This document shows positions 44,411 through 54,828 of a stretch of 64,000 nt of DNA, piece after piece. This DNA is from an uncultured Acidobacteriaceae bacterium (GTDB taxonomy: Bacteria; Acidobacteriota; Terriglobia; Terriglobales; Acidobacteriaceae), in contig CAWFXF010000001.1 of the NCBI GenBank assembly GCA_963819765.1, positions 206,506 through 270,505 on the forward strand. The letters run 5' to 3'. Numbering within the stretch: the stretch's first letter is position 1; the number at the start of each line of letters is the position of its first letter. Under the pieces are notes generated by a model, which was given only the letters and a program-made list of their open reading frames with translations, was not told where the DNA came from and ran no database searches. Both the position numbers and the translations under genes were made by a program.

Positions 44411-44791
44411 TCAGCTGCTTGCGTGCTGGGAGATGGAGAGGACGTTGCCATCGGGATCTTTGAACCAGGCTACCCTGGCTCCTCCAGGCGCTGACCAGAT
44501 GCCTGAGGGGTCCTGCTGCAGGAAGGGATAGCGCTCGAAGACGATTCCAGCTGCGGAGAGTTGCTGAACGGCGGTATGGATATCAGAGACCCTCCAGCCG
44601 AGGATGGTGTAGGGCGCGGGATTAAAAGCGTCCATGGATGTTATGCGGATATCGATATTGTTGACGCGAACGACGAGAGCGAATTCGTCATGGGAGATGA
44701 AAGGAAGTCCCAGGGTGTCGACGTAGAAGCGCCGGGCACGCGCCGCGTCGACAGTGGGGATGAATGCCATGAGGTCGGATTTGGCGAGCAT
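44411..44791 (-). CDS. VOC/glyoxalase-family protein
   Basis: 126 aa, FYVDTLGLPF...WFKDPDGNVLSI. Confidence 0.8.
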   Translation of the reverse strand: MLAKSDLMAFIPTVDAARARRFYVDTLGLPFISHDEFALVVRVNNIDIRITSMDAFNPAPYTILGWRVSDIHTAVQQLSAAGIVFERYPFLQQDPSGIWSAPGGARVAWFKDPDGNVLSISQHASS

Positions 44792-44917
44792 AGTCAGGCT
44801 CCGGTGAATGTGGAGAATGATAAACGCGGGCCGGCATCTGTGCTTGTCAATGCGAAAAGCAGATTCCCCGCGGGAATGACAACTAAGAAAAGCGACTACA
44901 GGGATGGGATTACAGGG

Positions 44918-45925
44918 CTATAGGTCGAGTTGCCAGGTTTGGCCTATGAGGTTTTTGCCGAAGCTCTTGTGAGATTTTTCGCCAATCCGGTAATAGCCTT
45001 CACGCTCATAGATGTGGCGGGCGGCGTCGAGAACGCTGTTGGTCCAGAGGACGATGCGGCGATAGCCTGCATGGCGCGCGAAGGCGGTGCATTGTTGAAC
45101 GAGGGCGCGGCCAAGACCCAGACCTCGGGCTGAAGGCTCGACGAGGAGAAGCCGAAGACGGGCGGTCTTAGAGGATTCGGGCGATTCGTGATCTTTGACG
45201 AGGAAGACGCAAGCGAGGCGTTCGCCGTCGCGGTCGGCGATCCAGCATTGTTCGTGCGTGTGGTCGAAGTGGTCGATGAAGTCGGCGGTGATGCGGGCGA
45301 CGAGGGCTTCGAATTCGCCATTCCATCCATACTCCTGGGTGTAGAGGGCACCGTGGCGCTCGACGACCCAGCCCATGTCTCCGGGGCGGTGAGGGCGGAG
45401 GATCCATGGGCGGGAGAGTTGTGTGCGGGACTCGCCGAGCAGCGTTTCGATGGTGTTCATGGCGTCGATGAGTCGCTTACGCTCGTCGGAGGAGAAGGGC
45501 GAGATCAACTCGTGGACCTGTTCGCTGGAGCGCTGGTTGAGTTCGGCAAAGGTCGTTTCCCCGGAGCGAGTTAGGGAGAGCAGGGACTGGCGACCGTCGT
45601 GAGGCGAGGCTTTGCGAGTGATGAGGCGGCGGCGCGAAAAGGAGCGGAGGATGCGGCTGATGTAACCGAGGTCGAGGGAGAGGGTGGCGGCGATTTCGGA
45701 CGGGGTGATTTCACGCCGCTGGGCGATCTCGTAGAGGACGCGGGCTTCCGGGAGGGTGAGTTGCGTGTGGAGGAAGCCTTCTTCCAGGGTTCCGATGGCG
45801 CGGGTATAGAAGCGGTTGAAGCGGCGGATGGCTGCGATCTGAGACTGGGTTTGCGGAGCGATTTCGAGCATGACGAGACCTCCCAGATAGTTGCCATCGT
45901 CAAATAGATTGATTGCTTTTGTCAA
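44918..45925 (-). CDS. MarR-type HTH fused to GNAT acetyltransferase
   Basis: N-terminal winged helix (LPEARVLYEIAQRREITPSEIAATLSLDLGYISRIL) and a C-terminal GNAT (ARGLGLGRALVQQC). Confidence 0.8.
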   Translation of the reverse strand: MTKAINLFDDGNYLGGLVMLEIAPQTQSQIAAIRRFNRFYTRAIGTLEEGFLHTQLTLPEARVLYEIAQRREITPSEIAATLSLDLGYISRILRSFSRRRLITRKASPHDGRQSLLSLTRSGETTFAELNQRSSEQVHELISPFSSDERKRLIDAMNTIETLLGESRTQLSRPWILRPHRPGDMGWVVERHGALYTQEYGWNGEFEALVARITADFIDHFDHTHEQCWIADRDGERLACVFLVKDHESPESSKTARLRLLLVEPSARGLGLGRALVQQCTAFARHAGYRRIVLWTNSVLDAARHIYEREGYYRIGEKSHKSFGKNLIGQTWQLDL

Positions 45926-46266
45926 TCATGGGAGGCCTGCTTCGATGAGGGACTGGCGTGGGATTTCACAGTGGCTGATCCGACCTCTACGGTTGCTGCC
46001 GTGAGGGTGCTGCCTTTGCGGGTGGCGTGGATCACGACGTGGTCGCCGACCTTGATGTCTTTGACGGTGATGGTCCGGTCCATCCGGCTGTATCTGGTGG
46101 TCGCGGCTAGGGCTACTGTCTGGGATTTGCCGGCGGTCGTGTTGACGTCCATTGAGGTGCTGGTGACGGCAGTGACGGTCCCCATGACGTGCTCCATGCC
46201 GTTGTGGGCGTAGGCGATCGCGCCGACAAAGACGGCTACAGCAAGTGCGATGAGAAGGCGCTTCAT
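45922..46266 (-). CDS. small secreted hypothetical protein
   Basis: Signal peptide MKRLLIALAVAVFVGAIAYA followed by a beta-rich domain. The stop overlaps the next gene's start (ATGA). Confidence 0.55.
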   Translation of the reverse strand: MKRLLIALAVAVFVGAIAYAHNGMEHVMGTVTAVTSTSMDVNTTAGKSQTVALAATTRYSRMDRTITVKDIKVGDHVVIHATRKGSTLTAATVEVGSATVKSHASPSSKQASHD

Positions 46267-46281
46267 GAGTGGATCTCCCTT

Positions 46282-46893
46282 TCAGTGATGATGGCTTGTG
46301 GCGTTTTGCGGTGGTGTCTCGCTGCCGTTGAGAAACTGCTGTTCTTCCTGTTCTTCGCGGAGTTCTTCGGGCGTCTTTGGGTTGAGGTGCTCCATCTCAC
46401 GCTCTTCCTGATCGGAGAGGGAGGGCAGATGGCGGATGAAGGTGACGAGTTTCCAGGTGTCCGGGTCGTCATCGACGGGCTCGCCGAAGGCGGGCATGCC
46501 GGAGTGGCGGATGCCGTACTGAATGGTCCAGTAAAGTTCGCCGTCGGGCTTGTTTTGTGTGAGCGGGAGGCGAAGGTCGGGCGGGCGAGGATAGAGGGTG
46601 CGTCCCATGGTGGTGTCTCCACTGCCGTTGTTGGCGTGGCAGATGGCACAGTGGCCGGCGAAGTGGACGCGGGCTTCAGCATAGTCCTGCATCGAGGGCT
46701 GGATGGGATTCGTCATTTGCCGGGCACGCGAGGGCACAGACCATGCACGAACTGTGCGGGCGAGGACGCTTTCGATCATGGAAGGCTGTTCTCGCGAGGA
46801 GAAGCCGCGACGGATCACCGCATAGCCATAGACGGCTGCGCAGGCAATGATGGCGATGCTGATGACCAGAGCGATACTTCGGCCAGTTCTCAA
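46282..46893 (-). CDS. membrane-anchored mono-haem c-type cytochrome
   Basis: N-terminal TM helix, haem site CAICH and Met ligand context SGMPAFG. Confidence 0.75.
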   Translation of the reverse strand: MRTGRSIALVISIAIIACAAVYGYAVIRRGFSSREQPSMIESVLARTVRAWSVPSRARQMTNPIQPSMQDYAEARVHFAGHCAICHANNGSGDTTMGRTLYPRPPDLRLPLTQNKPDGELYWTIQYGIRHSGMPAFGEPVDDDPDTWKLVTFIRHLPSLSDQEEREMEHLNPKTPEELREEQEEQQFLNGSETPPQNATSHHH

Positions 46894-46983
46894 CAGAGAC
46901 CTCGTTGCGATGGAGGGTGCGGAGAATGTAAGACGTGAGACGGTCGCCTAAAGTACGCAGAGACGGGTGAGCGTTCCAGCAAA

Positions 46984-47442
46984 TCAGCTTTTAAGGGCGC
47001 GGCCTACGCTGGTGAGGAGGAGGGTGAAGAAAGAGAGGCCACGCCGGCCGTCTTCGCTCGAGGCTCGTTTGAAGAGTTGCCAAAGTGTGGGTGGGGTGCG
47101 TTCCTGTTTGTGGTGTTGGGTGGCTTCGGTGGAGGCGCGGCTCAGGCGTTCGAGGATTTCGGGGTCGAGAGAGGCGAAGAGCTTTGCTGTTGTGAGGAGA
47201 TTGAGCAGACCTGCCTTGCCTTCCGGGGTGTTGGCGAACTTCGTGAGTTCGCCAAAGATGGTGTCGCGCGCGGCGAGTGCGCCGTGTAGCGCGTCAAGGG
47301 TGCCGTTATCGTGGGCGGCCTGGAGGGTGTCATAGAGAACGAGGAGGGCCTCGGCATGTTCGCGGGGGGCGGCCTGGAGGCGGCGCTCGATGTCAACGCG
47401 GGGGTCGACGGGATTGGGTTTGAATGTGAGAGGGATCGCCAT
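46984..47442 (-). CDS. DUF1641-domain protein (YjgD-like partner of FdhA-type dehydrogenases)
   Basis: 152 aa. GTLDALHGALAARDTIFGEL...GLLNLLTTAKLFASLDP, immediately downstream of the formate dehydrogenase gene. Confidence 0.7.
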   Translation of the reverse strand: MAIPLTFKPNPVDPRVDIERRLQAAPREHAEALLVLYDTLQAAHDNGTLDALHGALAARDTIFGELTKFANTPEGKAGLLNLLTTAKLFASLDPEILERLSRASTEATQHHKQERTPPTLWQLFKRASSEDGRRGLSFFTLLLTSVGRALKS

Positions 47443-47474
47443 TTTGAATTCTCAGCTTTCAGGTTTTATCAGTC

Positions 47475-50400
47475 CTAAATTTTGGTCGATGTGATCTGGA
47501 CGAGTTTGTCGCCGGGTGAAGTTCCGGGGAGTTTGTAGTCGGGGCGGGCCCACTTGCGTTCGATCTGCACACCCTCCTGGGGTGTGCGGCGGCCAAAGCG
47601 GAAGTTGCCGCGCGGAAGCGGGCCTTCGCCTTGTTCGGATAGGGGTTTCATGAGGACAGCCGTTTCCTTATAGGCGGGTGTGTGGGTAATGCGGTCGGTG
47701 TAGCTGCTGGTAAGCCGATTAACCGGCTCTTCAACCGAGTTCAACGGCATGTAGAGCTGTTTGCCGCGAACGCGATCGGTCACGAGAACCTGTACGCGGA
47801 CGATGCCGTACGGGCTCGTGAGTTCGACGTAGCGGCCGGTGGTGAGTCCGCGTTCGGCGGCGAGTTCAGGGGAGACCTCGACGAAGGTGTCAGGTGTGAT
47901 TGCCCGGATACCCGGAGTGCGGTTGGTCATGGAGCCCTGCTCGAAGTGCTCGAGAAGGCGTCCGTTGTTGAGATGAAGGTCGAACTCAGGGCTCGTCTCG
48001 ATGCAGGGCGGGATGTACTCGATGGGATAGAAGCGGGCTTTGCCATCGGGAAAGTTGAATTTTTCTGTAAAGAGGAGGGGAGAGTCTTTGCCGTCTTTCG
48101 CGACCGGCCACTGAAGGCTCTTGTAGCCTTCGAGGCGCTCGTAGTTGACGCCGGCGAAGATCGGGGTGAGGCGCGCGACCTCGTCCATGACATCGGATGG
48201 ATGCTTATATTTCCAATTCGCTCCGAAGCGATTGGCGATGAGCTGGATGATTTCCCAGTCAGGCCTGGCTTCGCCGATAGGCTCCAGTGCCTTGTAGATG
48301 CGCTGGATTCGGCGCTCGGTCGAGACAAAGGTGCCTTCTTTCTCTAACGAGGCGGCAGCGGGCAGTACGAGGTCGGCGTAGCGGCAGGTTTCAGAGAAGT
48401 TGATGTCCTGGACGATGAGGAACTCGCAGATGCGGAGTGCGTCGCCGACGTCGCCGGCGTTGGCGTCGGAGGTGATCGTGTCCTCTCCCTTGATGTAGAG
48501 GCTTTTGAGGGTGCCGTCCTGGATGGCGCGAATCATCTCGTGGTTATCGAGACCTTTGGTGGTGGGGAGCGTGACTCCCCAATCGGCTTCGAATTTTGCG
48601 CGGATATCGGGGTCATCGATCTTTTGATAGCCGGAGAAGACATCGGGCATGGAGCCGAAGTCGCTTGCTCCCTGTACGTTGTTGTGCCCTCGGAGGGGGT
48701 AGGCTCCGGCGCCGGGGCGCATGTAGTTGCCGGTGAGGAGCAGGAGATTGGAGATGGATGTTGCCGTGTCGGAACCGCCGCAGTGCTGGGTGACTCCCAT
48801 GGCGAAGAGGATGCAGAGACCGTCGGCAGCAGCTATTTCGTTGGCGACTGTGATGAGAGTGGACTGGGAAATTCCGGTGATGCGTTCTGTATTTTCGAGC
48901 GTGAAGGGTTCAATGGATTTCCTGTATTCGTCGAAGTGGTTGACCCATTGCTGAATGAATTCAGGTTTGTGGAGATTGCGATCGAGGATGTATCTGGCTA
49001 CGCCCATGAGCCAGACGGCATCGGTGGATGGATTGGGGCGCATGAAGATGTCTGCGCGTTCGGCCATTTCGTTTTTACGGAGATCGGCGACGATAAGGCG
49101 CTGCCCGCGGAGTTTGTGACTTCGCTTGATTCGAGTAGCGAGGACGGGATGGTTTTCGGCGGCGTTGGAGCCCACGATGATGACCAGACCGGCCTTCTCT
49201 ATGTCAGAGATGGAGCCGGAGTCTCCGCCATAACCTACCGTGCGCTGAAGGCCTTTGGTGGCGGGGTTCTGGCAGTAACGGGCGCAGTTGTCTACGTTGT
49301 TGGTGCCGATGACGGCGCGGGCGAGCTTCTGCATGAGGAAGCTCTCTTCGTTGGTGCATTTTGAAGAGGCGATAAAGGCGAGGGCGTCGGGACCGTGGTC
49401 CTTTTTAATTTGGGTGAACTTTTGCTGGATCAGGTCGAGGGCTTCGTCCCAGGTGATCTCGACGAAGGTGTCACCTTTGCGGAGGAGGGGCTTGGTGAGG
49501 CGATCTGGAGAATTGATGTGTCCCCAGGCGAACTTGCCTTTGATGCAGCTGGAGATGCCGTTCGCGGGACCGTGCTGGGGTTCGATCTTGAGGATGTAGC
49601 GATCGCGGGTCCAGACGTCGAAGGAACAACCGACAGCGCAGTAGGTGCAGACGGTCTTTGTACGTTTTGTGCGGGCGTTGCGCATCTCGGCTTCGATTTC
49701 GGAGATGGCGAGAATACGGAGGGTAGCCGATCGGAGGCTCGATGGCTTTGACGACGTCGACCATGCCGTCGAGGACGTTGCGGGGAAGATTGGTGAGGTA
49801 GCCCGCGTGTCCGAGCATGGATTTTTCCATGAGCGCGTTGCAGGGACAGACGTTGATGCAGTGTCCGCAGGAAACGCAGGAGGACCCGTCGATTTTTTCT
49901 CCACCATCCCAGAGGACGCGCGGATGGTCGCTTTCCCAGTTGATAGTGAGGGTTTCGTTGACCTGGACGTTCTGGCAGGCTTCGACGCAGCGGCCACAGA
50001 GGATGCATTGATCGGGGTCGTAACGATAGAAGGGATTGGAGTGGTCCTGCTCGTAGGGCTTGTGCTGAAACGGGCGCGCCTGATGCTCCACGTCCATGAG
50101 CGCGGTGGTGTTATGGATCGTGCAGTTCTGGTTATTGTTGTCGCAGACGGTGCAATAGAGATCGTGGTTCTGGAGGATGCGGTCGAAGGCTTCTCGCTGG
50201 GCGATGTCGACGATCTCACCGGCGGTTTCGACGACCATGCCGGAACGGACCTGGGTGCCGCAGGCGCGGACGAGTTGTCCGTCGACGCGGACCATGCAGG
50301 TGTCGCAGCTCTGAATGGGGCCCATCTGGGGTACGTAGCAGACCTGCGGGATTTCTTTCTGCACTCCTGCTTTGGTGCGGCGATTGAGGAGATCGATGAG

Positions 50401-50526
50401 GAATTCGCCGGAGCGCGCGGGAACGGCGGCGCCGTCGACTGTGATTCGGGTATTTGGCTCTGATTCAGGAGGGGTGTTGAGCAGTTTTTTCGTCACGGAG
50501 GCCATGTCCCTTTCAGATGCGGGCAA
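47475..50526 (-). pseudogene. fdhA: formate dehydrogenase alpha subunit (YjgC/FdhA type, Cys form), interrupted by a 1-nt frameshift
   Basis: N-terminal ORF 49471-50526 carries the 2Fe-2S site CDTCMV and the 4Fe-4S sites CILCGRCVEAC and CVSCGHCINVCPC. C-terminal ORF 47475-50219 carries ILAISEIEAEMR, CTYCAVGCSF and the Mo-bisPGD domains. The frames switch near 49710-49720. Deleting one base gives ...VVKAIEPPIGYPPILAISEIEAEMR. The start is probably MASVTKK (50505). Confidence 0.85.
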
Positions 50527-50551
50527 GGATAACAGGCGTTTGTTCCATGTC

Positions 50552-51847
50552 TTAGTTGCTGCGTGAAAAATCTAGAATCTGCGTGGCGGCGCGGAGGCCG
50601 GAGCGCATGGCCGCGTGGACGGTTCCCCAGTGGCCGGTTGTATCTGTGTGTTCGCCAGCGAAGAAAAGAGTGTTGGAGATGGGTTGAGACATCTGTCGCG
50701 GGGCATCGATGCCTCCTGCGGCGACGTAGGAGTATGCACCTCGCGCGAAGGGATCTTGTTGCCAGTTATGGGTATAGCAGCCGATGAGAGATTGGCGGAT
50801 GCGATCAGGCTTCACGGCGAAGATTTTTGCAAGTGTGACGACGACCTGGGTTGTTAGCTCGTCCCCGGCCAGATGGTCGAGCGCGGCTGTACGGGGTCCC
50901 CCAATCCACCCTGTAAGTGTGTTGCAGGATTCGGGATGGGTTGTCCACCAGACGCGTGGGGTTTCACTGAAGCTGAAGAGGAAATTGAGATCTTTGAGGT
51001 TTGCCGGGCTGGAAATCTTCTTCCAGAAGGGTTCGCGGAAGAGGAGAGTGAAACGGCTGGCCTGGCCCATGCGCATCCTCGATGCTGCGGAGAGTATGGA
51101 TTCAGGTCGGGGCGTGATGACTACGTCTTCGTTGCGGAGGACTCCGAGAGGAAGCGTAATGACGGCTTTAGGGGCGGTAAAGGAACCTGTGCCCGTCAAT
51201 ACTTCCACGCGATCCTGTCGCCATTGAATTTCGCGAACAGGCGTACCGAGATGAATGAGACCTTTGTACTCCCGGATGCGATCCGCGAGGTACTGAGCGA
51301 GCTGATTGTAGCCGCCACGAATGCGAAAGATGCCGTCGCCGTCGATTGAGTCCTCTGCTTTCTGCTGCGCACCGAGAGAGAGAGCGCTAATCTCCCGATA
51401 ATCTGCGGCGTTGAAGCCTTCGACGTATCCGATAACAGATTCGCGTTCTTCCGATGTTGGGTTGAGGCTGTTGAGGTACTCGGCGAAGGAGATATCGGGG
51501 CCAGTGAAGGTTTCGAGGCCTTCGAGGAGGTGAAATGAGCGATCCAGAGTGTTTTCGCATTCGTGCAGGCGGGAGCCGTTAAAGCAGAACTGAGCGCCAT
51601 CGCCCTCGTAGGTGGAGAGTTCGGCTTCATCGATGGCAGCCCATAGTTCCGGTGGACGGCCATGGATGAACTCGGCTCCAAGTTCAATGGATTCTTCGCC
51701 GACCTTTTGGGTGAAGACGCGCCCGCCGATCCGATCACGAGCTTCGAGGACAACGACGCGCATGCCGGTCTCAGCGACAGCACGCGCTGCGGTGAGACCG
51801 GCTATACCTGCTCCGATGATGAGCAAATCAGTTTGTTGTTCCGGCAT
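50552..51847 (-). CDS. flavin-containing amine oxidase family protein
   Basis: DLLIIGAGIAGLTAARAV...VLEARDRIGGRV and a C-terminal FFAGEHT. The internal Met (51847) is the likely start. Confidence 0.8.
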   Translation of the reverse strand: MPEQQTDLLIIGAGIAGLTAARAVAETGMRVVVLEARDRIGGRVFTQKVGEESIELGAEFIHGRPPELWAAIDEAELSTYEGDGAQFCFNGSRLHECENTLDRSFHLLEGLETFTGPDISFAEYLNSLNPTSEERESVIGYVEGFNAADYREISALSLGAQQKAEDSIDGDGIFRIRGGYNQLAQYLADRIREYKGLIHLGTPVREIQWRQDRVEVLTGTGSFTAPKAVITLPLGVLRNEDVVITPRPESILSAASRMRMGQASRFTLLFREPFWKKISSPANLKDLNFLFSFSETPRVWWTTHPESCNTLTGWIGGPRTAALDHLAGDELTTQVVVTLAKIFAVKPDRIRQSLIGCYTHNWQQDPFARGAYSYVAAGGIDAPRQMSQPISNTLFFAGEHTDTTGHWGTVHAAMRSGLRAATQILDFSRSN

Positions 51848-52025
51848 GCGCGGTTTAGATGCCGGAGCTGCGCCCGAGGGTGTGAATCCTGCTCCATCCG
51901 TCGTAGACTTCGATGGCCTGCCGGGGACCGGGGCTGGAGAATGCTGCGAAGGCGAGCAGGAGAGAACGATGAGACATGATGGTAAGGCTTCCATGGCTTC
52001 GACGAATAAGGTTTAGCGTAAAGAC

Positions 52026-53486
52026 TCACCGAAAGGCAATCAGGATAGTGGGCGGTTTTCCGAAACGTTTACGGACGAGAGCAAGTGCCTGCTCTGGCGA
52101 GGTAACGACGCCTTCGAGTTGAGCGTCTTCAGCCACTTCGAGCATGGTTTTAAATTTCGGGCCGGGACGGTATCCCGCAGCGATGAGTTCGCGCCCGGTA
52201 AGCAGCAGCCTGGGGCGGATCTCTTCTTCGGGGGCGTGCTGATATTGCTCTTTGGTGTAGGTGTAGAGTGAGAGGTCGCCGTGAGCGGAGAGGCAGTCGA
52301 TGCGGTGAAGCTCAAGATGTTCGTCGAAGCGGGATAGACGGAGGAAGCGCTTCAGGGTGGACTGGCGCATGTGCATGACGTCGCCGAAGCGCATGTGATT
52401 TTTGACGAGGGCGACGATCTGTGTGGTTTCTTCGTTGGAGAAACGCAGGCGGGAGAGGATCTTTTCCGCAACACGGACTCCAACCTCGACGTGACCGTTG
52501 AAGCGGATGCGATCGTTCGGATTGTTGGGTTCGGGTGCTCGGAAGGTGGCGGGCTTGCCGATGTCGTGAAGGAGTGCTCCCCAGGCGAGAGTGGGTGAGA
52601 CGCCGGCGGGAAGTTTTTCGAGCAGCAGCATGGTGTGGACCCAGACATCGCCTTCGGGATGAAATTCCGGAGGTTGCTGGACGTTGTGCATGCGGATGGC
52701 TTCGGGCAGGATCTGCGCGAGAAGTCCGGTTGCGTCGAGCAGCTCGAAGGCCCGGCGAGCGCGGCCTTCGGTGAGCATGAGGGTGAGTTCGTCGCGGACG
52801 CGTTCGGGACTGACCTGATGAATCTGCGATGCAGCGTTTCGGATGGCGGAGAAGGTTCCGGGTTCGATTTCGAAGTCGAGGCGTGCGGCGAAGCGTACGG
52901 CGCGGAGCATGCGGAGCTTGTCCTCAGCGAAGCGCCGCGCTGGATCACCGATGGCTCGGATGATACGCGCGGCAAGGTCGTTCCGGCCGCCGACGTAGTC
53001 GAGCGTTGCGGTGGAGGCATCTCCTGTCTCGTCGAGCAGGATTGGATCGAGGAGCATGCCGTTGATGGTGAAGTCACGTCTCTGCACGTCCTCTTCGGGG
53101 CTGGTAGAGAAGCGAACGGTGTCGGGGTGGCGTCCGTCGCTGTAGTCTCCGTCGTGGCGAAAGGTGGCGACTTCGGTGGAGATGCCGGTTTCTTCTCCGT
53201 CATTGGGTTCACAGACGAGTACGACGCCGAAGTGCGCGCCTACAGTGAGGGTCTTTTTATGAGGAAAGAGGTCGAGGATGGTCCCGGGTGTAGCGCTGGT
53301 GGCTACGTCGTAGTCGAGAGGTGTGGCACCGAGGAGAAGATCGCGTACACAGCCTCCGGCGAGGTAGGCCTGGTGGCCCGCGGTCCGCAGGGTATTCACG
53401 ATGTTGCGCGCAGCAACGTATCGCGGATCGTGTACGGGAGAGCCGGTTTGCTGAAGACCTCGATCGGAGTGGGTGCTGGGTACCAT
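52026..53486 (-). CDS. cca: CCA tRNA nucleotidyltransferase (PolyA-pol head plus HD domain)
   Basis: AYLAGGCVRDLLLG, DYDVAT, RRDFTING and HD motif ALLHDIGKP. The start MVPSTHSD (53486) was chosen over the Pro/Arg-rich extension. Confidence 0.85.
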   Translation of the reverse strand: MVPSTHSDRGLQQTGSPVHDPRYVAARNIVNTLRTAGHQAYLAGGCVRDLLLGATPLDYDVATSATPGTILDLFPHKKTLTVGAHFGVVLVCEPNDGEETGISTEVATFRHDGDYSDGRHPDTVRFSTSPEEDVQRRDFTINGMLLDPILLDETGDASTATLDYVGGRNDLAARIIRAIGDPARRFAEDKLRMLRAVRFAARLDFEIEPGTFSAIRNAASQIHQVSPERVRDELTLMLTEGRARRAFELLDATGLLAQILPEAIRMHNVQQPPEFHPEGDVWVHTMLLLEKLPAGVSPTLAWGALLHDIGKPATFRAPEPNNPNDRIRFNGHVEVGVRVAEKILSRLRFSNEETTQIVALVKNHMRFGDVMHMRQSTLKRFLRLSRFDEHLELHRIDCLSAHGDLSLYTYTKEQYQHAPEEEIRPRLLLTGRELIAAGYRPGPKFKTMLEVAEDAQLEGVVTSPEQALALVRKRFGKPPTILIAFR

Positions 53487-53512
53487 GCGCGCCTCTCCCC
53501 TATGATAAAGAG

Positions 53513-54709
53513 ATGCGCGATGCCAGCAGGGTGGAACCGGAGGGGTCTCAGGGGTTAATTCTTGGCATTGAAAGCTCTTGCGACGAGACCGCGGCTGCTG
53601 TCGTGCGTGGCGGTACGGAAGTGTTGTCGAATGTGATTGCGTCGCAGATGAATCTGCATGCGAATTACGGCGGAGTGGTGCCTGAACTGGCTTCGCGGGA
53701 GCACCTGCGGAATGTGGTTCCGGTCGTGCGCGAGGCACTTTCGCGAAGCGGCGTGGGTCTTGATGAGGTGGATGCTGTCGCAGTGACGGAAGGGCCTGGA
53801 TTGGCCGGAGCGTTGCTGGTGGGGATTACGTATGCGAAGGCACTCGCGTTCGGGCTGGGAAAGCCACTGATTGCAGTGAATCATCTTGAGGGGCATATCC
53901 ATGCCGTGCTGATGGAGGCGAATCGGCGAACCAGCGATAACGAGCCGTTGCTGGCGCTGGTTGTGAGTGGCGGGCATACGCATTTGTACCTGGCGGAAAA
54001 GGGTGTTGAAGGAACCTGGCGATATCGCAATGTAGGGCGGACCGTGGATGACGCCGCGGGCGAGGCGTATGACAAGGTGGCTAAATTATTGGGACTCGGG
54101 TATCCGGGTGGGCCGTGGATCGATGCGCTGGCAGTGAAAGGGAATCCGCGGGGGGTGCCGTTCCATTTTTCGCAGATCAAGGTTCGTCCGCACCGTGAAG
54201 GGGTCGCGGACAATCGCAAGGCACGCGCGGCCGAGGAAGGACAGGTGTTCGATTTTTCCTTCAGCGGAATCAAGACGGCGGTATTGCGTTACCTCGAGAC
54301 GCACAATATGCGCGAAGACGCGGAGGCCCGGCGTGCATCGCTGGCGGCGAGGCCTGAGTTGAAGCCGGGATCGGATGAGGTCGCGGCTCTTTGTGATGCG
54401 CAGACCCTGGACCTGATCGCTTCGTTTCAGTATGCCGTGGTGGGGAACCTTCTGCGCCAGACCTTCGCGGCGGCGGAGAGGTTTGGGGCACATGGTGTGG
54501 TTGTATCTGGTGGAGTTGCGGCGAATCGCGAATTGAGACGCCGGTTTCAGGCGGAGGCAGACAAGCGCGGGCTGCCGGTGGCGTTTCCTTCCCTTGCTCT
54601 CTCGACGGACAATGCTGCCATGATTGCTGCGGCCGCGTGGTCGAAGTTTGTTCTTGGAAAGTTTGCGGGGGATGACCTCGGGTCGACCCCCCAGCTTCGC
54701 CTGGGGTAG
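53513..54709 (+). CDS. tsaD: tRNA N6-adenosine threonylcarbamoyltransferase
   Basis: ILGIESSCDETAAAVV, VNHLEGH and VVSGGVAANRELR. The start is approximate (ATG 53513 or GTG 53531). Confidence 0.92.
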   Translation: MRDASRVEPEGSQGLILGIESSCDETAAAVVRGGTEVLSNVIASQMNLHANYGGVVPELASREHLRNVVPVVREALSRSGVGLDEVDAVAVTEGPGLAGALLVGITYAKALAFGLGKPLIAVNHLEGHIHAVLMEANRRTSDNEPLLALVVSGGHTHLYLAEKGVEGTWRYRNVGRTVDDAAGEAYDKVAKLLGLGYPGGPWIDALAVKGNPRGVPFHFSQIKVRPHREGVADNRKARAAEEGQVFDFSFSGIKTAVLRYLETHNMREDAEARRASLAARPELKPGSDEVAALCDAQTLDLIASFQYAVVGNLLRQTFAAAERFGAHGVVVSGGVAANRELRRRFQAEADKRGLPVAFPSLALSTDNAAMIAAAAWSKFVLGKFAGDDLGSTPQLRLG

Positions 54710-54828
54710 AAGATGCCGCCGAATACGCGAGGCTATCGGCTAAAATCGAAAGGGAAATTTCAAAAAGAAAATGGTCTGCGCCGCGCTACGTGCTCGGCTG
54801 CGGCAGGATAAGAGCGCACGTGGCAACG

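Noticed and set aside
47475-50526. Selenocysteine recoding as the explanation for the split formate dehydrogenase
   Set aside because: The interruption is a change of frame, not an in-frame TGA. The catalytic position is encoded as Cys, and no SECIS-like hairpin follows.
51855-51977. 40-aa ORF (MSHRSLLLAFAAFSSPG...) ending 7 nt before the amine oxidase start
   Set aside because: There is no Shine-Dalgarno sequence and no evidence of conservation. It could be a leader peptide or a chance ORF in GC-rich DNA.
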